Below are positions 1 through 7,453 of a stretch of 9,367 nt of DNA, piece after piece. The notes beneath the pieces were generated by a model. It searched no databases. It had not been told where the DNA came from and saw only the letters and a list, made by a program, of their open reading frames with translations. Position 1 is the first letter of the stretch. Each line of letters opens with the position of its first letter. Both the position numbers and the translations under genes were made by a program. This DNA is from Octopus sinensis (lineage: Eukaryota), in NCBI RefSeq assembly GCF_006345805.1, contig NW_021827964.1, positions 1 to 9,367 of the forward strand, read 5' to 3'.

Positions 1-125
1 ATGTATGCATGCAGGAAGGTAGGTAGGTAAGCATTTATACATGTGTTTTTGTGACTTTGTATATGTGTGTATGTTTGTATGTGTATGTACGTTCAGATGT
101 GTGTGCGTGTGTGTGTATGTGTTTG
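1..125. repeat. Degenerate (TATG)/(TG) low-complexity tract with a short (AGGT)n run
   Basis: Direct reading: aggtaggtaggtaag near 17-31, then tgtatatgtgtgtatgtttgtatgtgtatg and gtgtgcgtgtgtgtgtatgt. Confidence 0.8.
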
Positions 126-169
126 TTCTTTTATATATATATAAAAGGGAATATATATTAATAAATATT

Positions 170-479
170 AGGGAATAAATCCAAATTTACAGGGAAAAAT
201 CAGATTTAGGATTGAATCCAATTTTATAGTAAAATATAATTAATATTATTAGAGACAAAACCACTATTATGCAAATCAAACAAAGAAGACTTAATCCAAT
301 ACATAAAAAATTTTAATATAATTAATATAATTAAGATTAATTAAGATATCCATTACGATTGTAGTGGATATCTTAATTAATCTTAATTATATTTAATTTA
401 TATAAAAATTTTTATGTATTGGATTAAGTCTTTCTTTGTTTGATTTGCATAATAGTGGTTTTGTCTCTAATTAATATTA
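170..479. mobile_element. AT-rich interspersed repeat fragment (putative Penelope-like terminal repeat) folded back on itself
   Basis: Starts agggaataaatccaaatttacaggg after TA-rich sequence. 241-356 is repeated in inverted form at 361-479. The junction reads AC-GATT-GT-A-GTGGA, like the 3' half of a minimal hammerhead. The Penelope assignment is inference from the inverted duplication, the AT-rich target and my recollection of an octopus repeat. Confidence 0.5.
241..479. repeat. Long inverted repeat (fold-back hairpin): arms 241-356 and 361-479, 4-nt loop GATT
   Basis: Manual alignment of the left arm with the reverse complement of the right arm gives about 7 differences over ~120 nt (2 substitutions, the rest 1-nt indels mostly in A runs). 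Example: agagacaaaaccactattatgcaaatcaaacaaag vs ctttgtttgatttgcataatagtggttttgtctct. Confidence 0.97.
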
Positions 480-503
480 TAAAGGGAATATATATATATA
501 TAT

Positions 504-563
504 AAAGGGAATCGTGATATATATATATATATATATATATAAATATATATCACGATTCCCTTT
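504..563. repeat. Palindrome with AAAGGGAATCGTG arms around a (TA)n core
   Basis: aaagggaatcgtgatatatat (504-524) is the exact reverse complement of atatatatcacgattcccttt (543-563). 13 bp of each arm is non-microsatellite. Confidence 0.95.
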
Positions 564-578
564 TCAGCACCACCTCGC

Positions 579-581
<3 letters not shown>

Positions 582-612
<31 letters not shown>
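582..612. repeat. (TG)n microsatellite
   Basis: Direct reading, about 15 units. Confidence 0.95.
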
Positions 613-618
<6 letters not shown>

Positions 619-620
619 CT

Positions 621-733
621 ATATCACCGTCACCGTCACCGTCAGATGTTGCTACACATCGCTGGTCACAAAGCGCTTCGCATTGTTTTTAGCCTTCAAA
701 TGACGCCACCCCGCTGGCTAAGCGGGCAAGCCA

Positions 734-734
<1 letters not shown>
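621..734 (-). mobile_element. Probable 3' fragment of a retroposon (LINE/SINE) ending in a tandem hexamer tail
   Basis: GC-richer island between microsatellites with (CACCGT)3 at 625-642, which would be a 3' tail on the minus strand. I recall the body (cagatgttgctacacatcgctggtcac...gccttcaaatgacgccaccccgctggctaagc) as a frequent octopus repeat; not verified. Confidence 0.45.
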
Positions 735-772
<38 letters not shown>

Positions 773-809
773 CATACACACATACATATACATACACACA
801 CACACATAC
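735..809. repeat. (TA)n grading into (TACA)/(CA)n compound microsatellite
   Basis: Direct reading; pure (TA)n at 735-768. Confidence 0.95.
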
Positions 810-818
810 GAGTGGTCA

Positions 819-978
819 CTGAATGCCCACATAGCCATATGTGCAACAAAATAAGTCCCCCAAATTCCAGGTCTTCTCACTGCACCTATGTTCAGCGAAT
901 ATCACAGATGAAGCACAGATAAACAAAGAAAATACTTTCATACAAACCAAGTACAAACCAAGATTTAAGAAACTTTAA
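819..978 (+). pseudogene. Possible frameshifted remnant of the C-terminus of a Penelope-type GIY-YIG endonuclease
   Basis: Frame from 819 gives LNAHIAICA. After a +1 shift in the A run near 846-851: NKSPKFQVFSLHLCSANITDEAQINKENTFIQTKYKPRFKKL* (stop 976-978). By eye this fits the pattern I recall for Penelope endonucleases, HxxxC...FxIF...KExxFIxxxxP. No profile search was run. Confidence 0.35.
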
Positions 979-1756
979 CAGATTTCATTCACAAATAACT
1001 ATTCACACACAAAACTCATTCTGTCACATCATGAGGAACCTACACAGCTAACAACCCAAACTTTAACCACGGGACTACATGCAAACGACTCCTGTCCCGT
1101 CTCCTACCTGGCATATTAGAATGCCTTGATTGTAACTAAACATGTTCACTCAACCGTATCGGCCCTCGTTTTAGGCTCAAAGTATACAGTCGCCTGTCAC
1201 TAACGCACGGACGTAGCGGGACGCGTACCAAAGGTTCTAAGATTAATCACGTGTCCATTTTCTATAAACACTTGACAGAAAACATTCACAGCATTGATTG
1301 TTTGGTACTGTCACTAGACATGTTCAGTCAACTGTGTCAGTCTTTAGCCACTGGATCTTATAAAGGAGCTGTTGAGATATGAAACGTGGTTGGAATTCCA
1401 CCAAACATTATCACTTGATTCTAACACATGACGTAGTGGGGGACCTACAAACTTTTCAAAGACAGTTATGTGACTATCCTCTAATAATCATGTCTTATCC
1501 TAACCATATACTAATTTGAGCCATGAACTGCCTATAAAACAAGGTCTAACTCAAACACTAGTCTGAAGCAAGACAGCCGCGACATAAGCCATGTCTTCCT
1601 ATTTGAACTTTCTGAAAATCAGTGAAAACTGTAAAACCAGTTAAAGCGTTAAATATATTAATAAAATGTATTTTAACTATTCTCAGTGCATTTTCAACTT
1701 CTCTTTTTCTTGTATTTCTACCCATGTGAAATAAAATAACTTTATTTTCTATATGA

Positions 1757-1817
1757 GTGTGTGTGTGTGCGTGCGCGTGTGTGTGTGTGTGCGTGCGTGT
1801 GTGTGTGTGTGTGTGTG

Positions 1818-1889
<72 letters not shown>
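1757..1889. repeat. (GT)n microsatellite, ~130 bp, with GC and TTTT interruptions
   Basis: Direct reading. Confidence 0.97.
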
Positions 1890-1892
<3 letters not shown>

Positions 1893-2568
1893 AGACAGAA
1901 GTAGCCCGGCGATGCAAAACAAGGTGGAAGAAATAGAGCTCCAAATGCCAAAGGTAGAATTATCTTTAAAAATATTTTTTTAATGTATCATATAGATGTA
2001 ATTTTTGACGCTGAATCTGAATTCATTTATTCCAGAAAAAGTTTTGCAAAAATGTTACAGGTGTTCAAAGTGTTCGTCACCGGTGTTTGTTTCCACGCTT
2101 TAAAGTTACCCAGGTACTCTCAACTTGTTGGTTACACTCAATTTGGTGGCTACATTCCTTGTGTGCATGCGCAACATCTTTAGTTACTATGGAAACAGAA
2201 TTCTTCGCTACTGTAATGTGTAAAATACTCGTTTCTGATTGTCTAAAAATACCCAAATTTTGCAAATTTTAAAGACCAATAACATTTTAATTAGGGATTT
2301 ACATGAAAAATGAATTTCATTTTCATAATTAGTATACAAAACTTAATACATATCTTAAATTTGAAATCAATTGGAGCAAAATTGTAAGTAGTGAAGAAAA
2401 CCACATAGATCTTAATATACTATTATTAAAGCCGAAAACCTCCTCACAAACTGTTGTTCAGTTTCTCTCGACCGTTAACCAGACAGCTGCGATAATACTG
2501 CCCGGCAAACAGTCACGCAGTCTCGCGAAACAAATTGTGAAGATTATTTTTTCGACTTTAATAAATAG

Positions 2569-2772
2569 TATTCTTTTATTCTTTTACTTGCCTCAGTCAA
2601 TTGACTGTGGCCATGCTGGAACACTGCCTTTAGTCAAACAAATCGATCCCAGCACTTATTCATATTAAGCCTGGTACTTATTCTTTTTTTGCCGAGCCAC
2701 TAAGTTTCGGGGAGGTAAACACACCAACATCGGTTTTCAAGCGATGGTGGGAGGACAAACACAGACACACAA
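2569..2772 (-). mobile_element. SINE-like element (octopus-type, possibly Ceph-domain SINE with an RTE-like 3' end)
   Basis: On the minus strand: a (GT)-rich head abutting 2773+, body ...gaataagtaccagg...ctgggatcgatttgtttgactaaaggcagtgttccagcatggcc, a 3' palindromic stem cagtcaattgactg (2594-2607) and a tandem tail (AAAGAATA)2 at 2569-2584. The family match is recollection. Confidence 0.7.
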
Positions 2773-2860
2773 ATGCATACATACATATGTGTGCGTGTGT
2801 GTGCATGTGTGTGTATGTGCATGTGTGTGTATGTATGTGCGTGTGTGTGTGTGTGTGTGT
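2773..2860. repeat. (TG)/(TATG) degenerate microsatellite adjoining the SINE head
   Basis: Direct reading. Confidence 0.9.
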
Positions 2861-2897
2861 AATGAGAATGTGCAACAGAGGAGTGACAAAAGAATAT

Positions 2898-2899
<2 letters not shown>

Positions 2900-2941
<42 letters not shown>

Positions 2942-2953
2942 CAGACAGACAGA
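2900..2953. repeat. (AGAT)n-(AGAC)n compound tetranucleotide repeat
   Basis: About 9 AGAT units (2900-2935), then about 3 AGAC units. Confidence 0.95.
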
Positions 2954-2955
2954 TA

Positions 2956-3129
2956 TTATATATATATATATATATATATAATAATATATATATATATTAT
3001 AAATGTATGTACATGTATATGCACGTGTGTATTATGTATATATGCATATATTGTATACACAGAATGAATGTGTGTGTGTAGATACAGTAAGAAAATGGAA
3101 AAAGTATAAAGAGCGAGATATAGATATAG

Positions 3130-3180
<51 letters not shown>

Positions 3181-3240
3181 TAAACAAACAATGTACTATA
3201 ACACACACACACCACACACAACACATAAACACACACTAAC
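2956..3240. repeat. (TA)n tracts and degenerate TA/TG/CA low-complexity sequence
   Basis: (TA)n at about 2957-3000 and 3133-3181, with mixed tatg/tgtg/caca between and after. Confidence 0.9.
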
Positions 3241-3974
3241 CTATACATGTATGCGCACATTTACATATAACTCATTAGGGCGTTTACACAAACAGGAATG
3301 GAGTGCTGAATGTATATTTCTCGTTGCATAATTTGTTTAGCAGTGAAGTTCCTCACCTAAATATTTATTTATAACTATATCATATGGAGGACAACACATA
3401 ATGTAGTCTGTTGATCAAATAATCAATAAAGAACTAGTAAGAACTAGTAAAACAAAATGACTAGCAAAAATTGAAGAGATAAAAAAATATAATAATATAA
3501 ATATATACAAATATAGAGGGTCTGTTATAATAATACCAGTTTCTGATTTAGTCATAAGGCCAGAATTTTATTTTTTCAATCCAGGAGAAATTACAGGAAA
3601 TTTTGTACCCAAATCATAATAAGCTGGAACGAAAACCACAAGGCATTTTACCACTCCAGTAATATATTTTAATAATCCATCCTTTATATCCTGTGTTTTG
3701 AACTCCTTAGTTTTCCATACAATTTTTCAAGCAGCTTTTCCCTCCTCCCTCCATTTCCATAGCCATATTTAAAAAACCTTCCTATATCTGCATTTCTTTA
3801 AAATCCCAGGAAAATAACTGACCAGTGTTTGTATGTAATGGGTTATTTTTGTTACAAGCTGAACTCATAAGGTAATACGAATAATACCCATATATTTCAC
3901 GGGTGCGTTTGTCGTTTAATGATTGTTTGACATATGCTATACACAAAACTAGGTCACGCCGCGTATTTTCAGTA

Positions 3975-3992
3975 ACACACACACACATACAT

Positions 3993-4028
<36 letters not shown>

Positions 4029-4100
4029 ACAGACATACACAAACTGACAGATAAACAGACAGACAGGCAGAGAGTGACGAAGAGAGACTCAGAGAGAGGG
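3975..4100. repeat. (CA)n grading into (CAGA)n and (GA)n
   Basis: Direct reading; (CA)n at 3975-4026, then acagacagacag and agagagag. Confidence 0.9.
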
Positions 4101-4598
4101 GGCGTGTGCTACAATAATGAAAATCGAAGTTCTATAGCTATTCCCACAGCTGTATACAAAAATCATCCTCCAGTTGATAACGTCATTAATGTATGTAAAA
4201 TACACAATTAATATGAATGAGATAACCAGATTGTTTCATCAGGAAATAAAACTGAAATTTGAAAATCAAAACACTTGGTGCTTTAAGAATAACATAAATG
4301 AGACTAGTGAAGCAGCTGTAGAAACTGGAATGAAATTATGAAACGTCAATGAAGACTTTCCTTTTTTACTATTTTTTTTTCTATTTTTCGCTGAACGTTC
4401 GTTTCAACCAAATAATCTATATGTAAATTCATTCTACTTATGGCTATTGCGTTGACATAATAATACATTAAAGTTTAACGGCGTATTTAGAATTGAGCTC
4501 TTAAGTTTGGTAGATATATTTCTATATGGTTTAAGTTCAAATTCATACATAAATGTGTTTATAAAAATAAAAATATCCACATATCCCTATCTAGTCCA

Positions 4599-4605
4599 AC
4601 ACACA

Positions 4606-4645
<40 letters not shown>

Positions 4646-4777
4646 CACACACACACACACACACACCACACACCACATATATATATATAATATATATATA
4701 TGTATGTATATATGAGTGTATGCATGTAGGTATGTATGTGTATATATGTATGTATATATGTACCATATATGTATGTG

Positions 4778-4821
<44 letters not shown>

Positions 4822-4830
4822 AGTATATAT

Positions 4831-4890
<60 letters not shown>
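4599..4890. repeat. (CA)n followed by a long (TA)/(TATG) tract
   Basis: (CA)n at about 4599-4676; TA-rich tract at 4677-4890. Confidence 0.95.
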
Positions 4891-5085
4891 GTGAGAATTT
4901 ACAACAAAAAAAAACAAAAGACGAAGACGGTGTGTAAACAACAAACAGCTGTATTAGTTTATAATGCCCGAAAGCGAGAAAGTCTTTACGTTTCGAGTCT
5001 ACGCTCCTCGACAGAAAGGAACACAGAAATAAACAGGGAAGAAAAAAGAAAAGATTTAGGGGCTAGCGATCTATCATGGCGAATC
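4891..5085 (-). mobile_element. ~195 bp element embedded in (TA)n and carrying a hammerhead-like motif (putative Penelope-like terminal repeat fragment)
   Basis: Complex sequence bounded by (TA)n on both sides (tatacatata|gtgagaattt ... ggcgaatc|atatatatat). Contains the motif at 4984-5018. Penelope-like elements are known to carry minimal type I hammerheads in their terminal repeats. Confidence 0.6.
4984..5018 (-). ncRNA. Minimal type I hammerhead ribozyme-like motif (degenerate)
   Basis: Minus strand reads CUUU-CUGUCGA-G-GAGC-GUAG-ACUC-GAAAC-GUA|AAG: core boxes CUGNNGA and GAAAC, stem II GAG/CUC, self-complementary ACGU in place of stem III, GUA cleavage triplet, and short stem I (UUU/AAG). 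Deviations: U at core position 6 (canonically A), a C-A mismatch in stem II, and only ~3 bp in stem I. Confidence 0.55.
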
Positions 5086-5094
5086 ATATATATA

Positions 5095-5166
<72 letters not shown>

Positions 5167-5173
5167 TGTGCGT

Positions 5174-5224
<51 letters not shown>

Positions 5225-5340
5225 ATATACGTATACATACATATACATATATGTGTGCGTGTGGGACTAGATGAGGATAGTGGATTTTTTATATACACAT
5301 TTATATACACACAGTTATATATATATATAGGCATATACAT
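5086..5340. repeat. (TA)-(TG)n-(TA)n compound microsatellite
   Basis: (TG)n at about 5099-5170, (TA)n at about 5179-5228, and degenerate TA to about 5340. Confidence 0.93.
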
Positions 5341-5378
5341 AGTTCGTCATGTGTATGTGAGGGTGATTTCTTTTATGT

Positions 5379-5570
5379 AAGGGCGGTAAACTGGAACGCT
5401 AGTAAGGGCATCGGACAAAATTATCCAATGTGTTACCTTGTACTTTACGTTCTGAATTCAAAGCGCTTCGAATTTGTCTTCTAGATTCAGCGACTTGAGT
5501 CGATGATTTCAATTAATCTCCTTCTTACCACCTTGCTGACTTTGTGCGTTAAGTAGAAGCCATTGATAAT
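5379..5570 (+). mobile_element. Highly diverged tRNA-derived SINE-like remnant
   Basis: aagggcggtaaactgg... followed by ctttacgttctgaattcaaa (degenerate B-box-like) and a 3' part cttgctgactttgtgcgttaagtagaagccattgataat, in the order I recall for an octopus SINE. The match is weak and unverified. Confidence 0.35.
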
Positions 5571-5879
5571 ATCATATTCAGAAACAAGTGAAGTATCTCC
5601 TAAAATATTCTCAAATCATATGTATGTGTGTGTCTATCAAGAAATAATAATTATAAGCATAAAGTTTATAAGAGAACACTGTCTATTGGCTAAAGAATAT
5701 TGGAGCATATAAGCCGTCGATAGTAAAAATGGGTATTAGAACTCGTGGTAATGGAATCCACTTTTATATGCCGCAATAGTAGACTGTTTTCCATAGCTAA
5801 TACACAGTGGACGCAAATAAGCTATAAGCTTATTATTATTATTATTTTCAGAATTTTCACCATTTCTTAATTTAACACA

Positions 5880-5962
5880 TACGCACACATATGCATGTTT
5901 ATGTGTGTGTGTGTGTGTCTGTGTGTCTGTGTGTGCATGTGTGTGTGTGTATGTGTGTGTGT
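5880..5962. repeat. Degenerate (TG)n microsatellite
   Basis: Direct reading. Confidence 0.9.
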
Positions 5963-6007
5963 CTATTTACTTAACTTTCAATGATACGAAAGGTAAATAA
6001 TAATAAT

Positions 6008-6573
6008 CCTGATGCAGTACCTGGCAGTGGCTCTCTAGGCTTCTTATCTTAACTTATTGGAAGTGTTATCATGTTATCCTGTACGTTGTTTTGTCTTGGT
6101 ATAAAAGATGGGCTACAGCAAATATTCTGCTCAATACCACAGATTTACTTGTCAGTTGCTTGACCGTAACCAGTTGAGCATGTCCCTTAGTGACTGACGA
6201 TATGTGCATCTCTGATCACGAGCAGAAGTAGTGGGGGAGCATCATAGCCATGTATTGAGAGGAATTCTTTGGGGTTTGAATAATTCACCTCTGGAAAATG
6301 GGTGTTTCGTTCAACATCCTTCTAAACAACCCTTATCAGGGACCTTTTGAGCGGGGGGATGGGTTTGACCTCGAACCACAGAAGAAAATCTAACTGGACC
6401 CCACCTGCAAGGTCATGTGCTGTTTATCTTAATATTAGATCACCATGTCGCGCACATATGGTTGTGATGCATGTGCCTGGTGTACCCTTATCAGACGGGT
6501 AGTCATGATTGGTATATGGCTTCGTATATTTTACCCCAGTGTCACTTTGATGGCATGCACTGCTCTCTCACTC
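6008..6573 (+). mobile_element. ~566 bp non-coding interspersed element embedded in (AAT)n (candidate Dong/R4-like retroposon 3' part or derived SINE)
   Basis: Complex, GC-richer body with sharp borders against (AAT)4 (5996-6007) and (AAT)16 (6574-6621). No TIRs and no meaningful ORF seen. I recall the sequence as a high-copy octopus repeat. Strand is inferred by treating the long (AAT)n as the 3' tail; the clade is inferred from target preference only. Confidence 0.6.
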
Positions 6574-6622
<49 letters not shown>

Positions 6623-6717
6623 GTAACGCTTTTAATGATGATGATGATGATGATGATGGCGGCGGCGGCGGCCGCGGTGGTGGTGGTGGTAGTGGTGGTG
6701 GTGGTGGGGATGATGAT
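6574..6717. repeat. Compound trinucleotide repeat (AAT)16...(GAT)7(GGC)5 CGC (GGT)5 AGT (GGT)4 GGG (GAT)3
   Basis: Counted directly; all blocks share the same 3-nt register. Confidence 0.97.
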
Positions 6718-6936
6718 TTCTTTATAGGCCATAAGGAACGCAAAACATATGGGGCAATGCAAAAGCGAAAAATAGTGGAGATTTACATATATATGTGTAA
6801 ACAAAAAGACAATACTGACAAGAAAATTGCTAACAAAATTTTCCAATTTTAATATGAGTACGATGCCAAGACATTTTGTGTAGGATGTCATTAGCAGGGT
6901 CATTCATATACAAAGATACTCAGTCATACTATATGA

Positions 6937-6959
6937 GAGGGGGAGGGGAAAGAGAGAGG

Positions 6960-7015
<56 letters not shown>

Positions 7016-7024
7016 TATAGATAT

Positions 7025-7107
<83 letters not shown>

Positions 7108-7110
7108 CAC

Positions 7111-7176
<66 letters not shown>
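6937..7176. repeat. GA-rich lead-in plus (AGAT)n-(AGAC)n-(AGAT)n tetranucleotide array
   Basis: AGAT at about 6961-7078, AGAC at about 7079-7106, AGAT at about 7112-7175. Confidence 0.97.
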
Positions 7177-7179
<3 letters not shown>

Positions 7180-7408
7180 TCTAAAATGCAGTTTATTATT
7201 TTGAGATATTTTTGTATTCAAGAAAGAAAATTGATGGTCCATAATAAATTTTTGGTGATTCGTTTCTTGTTGGTTTCTCATTTGGTCTGTTGTCCACTAA
7301 AATGTCGCATGTGCCTTTTTCGCTTGTCACTTGCACTTTCCTTTGAAATTTGGCTGGTAGAGTACGTTGTGACTTCTAGAAATAAAACCATGTACCACTA
7401 TGTTGAGG

Positions 7409-7413
<5 letters not shown>

Positions 7414-7453
<40 letters not shown>

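Noticed and set aside
2012-2325. Weak imperfect inverted similarity (2012-2057 vs 2280-2325) suggesting an old MITE/DNA transposon in 1900-2560
   Set aside because: Similarity is low and AT-rich, and I could not define TIR ends or a target-site duplication.
3431-3450. Tandem duplication GAACTAGTAA x2
   Set aside because: Ordinary 10-bp slippage duplication with no intervening element.
3570-3900. Minus-strand frame with VKYMGI and WLWKW...KIV, faintly like LINE RT C-terminal motifs
   Set aside because: Multiple stops, and the motif spacing is too short for a real RT/thumb region. Needs tBLASTn to be taken further.
4233-4243. Minus-strand CCTGATGAAAC
   Set aside because: CUGAUGA and GAAAC overlap with no stem II, so it cannot form a hammerhead.
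1811-4650. Same TTTT/AAAA interruption in the (GT)n at 1818-1821 and the (CA)n at 4642-4645
   Set aside because: A simple recurrent microsatellite mutation; the flanks are unrelated.
669-5470. Shared 12-mer CAAAGCGCTTCG at 669-680 and 5459-5470
   Set aside because: A few 12-mer matches are expected by chance in 9.4 kb, and the flanks do not align.
6194-6232. CTGACGA...GAAGTA, hammerhead-like boxes
   Set aside because: No GAAA box and no stem I complementarity (GTGA upstream vs GTGG downstream).
6445-6852. 135-aa ORF with poly-N/D/G tracts
   Set aside because: It runs from the repeat element's 3' end through the trinucleotide array into AT-rich sequence; the openness is explained by the repeats.
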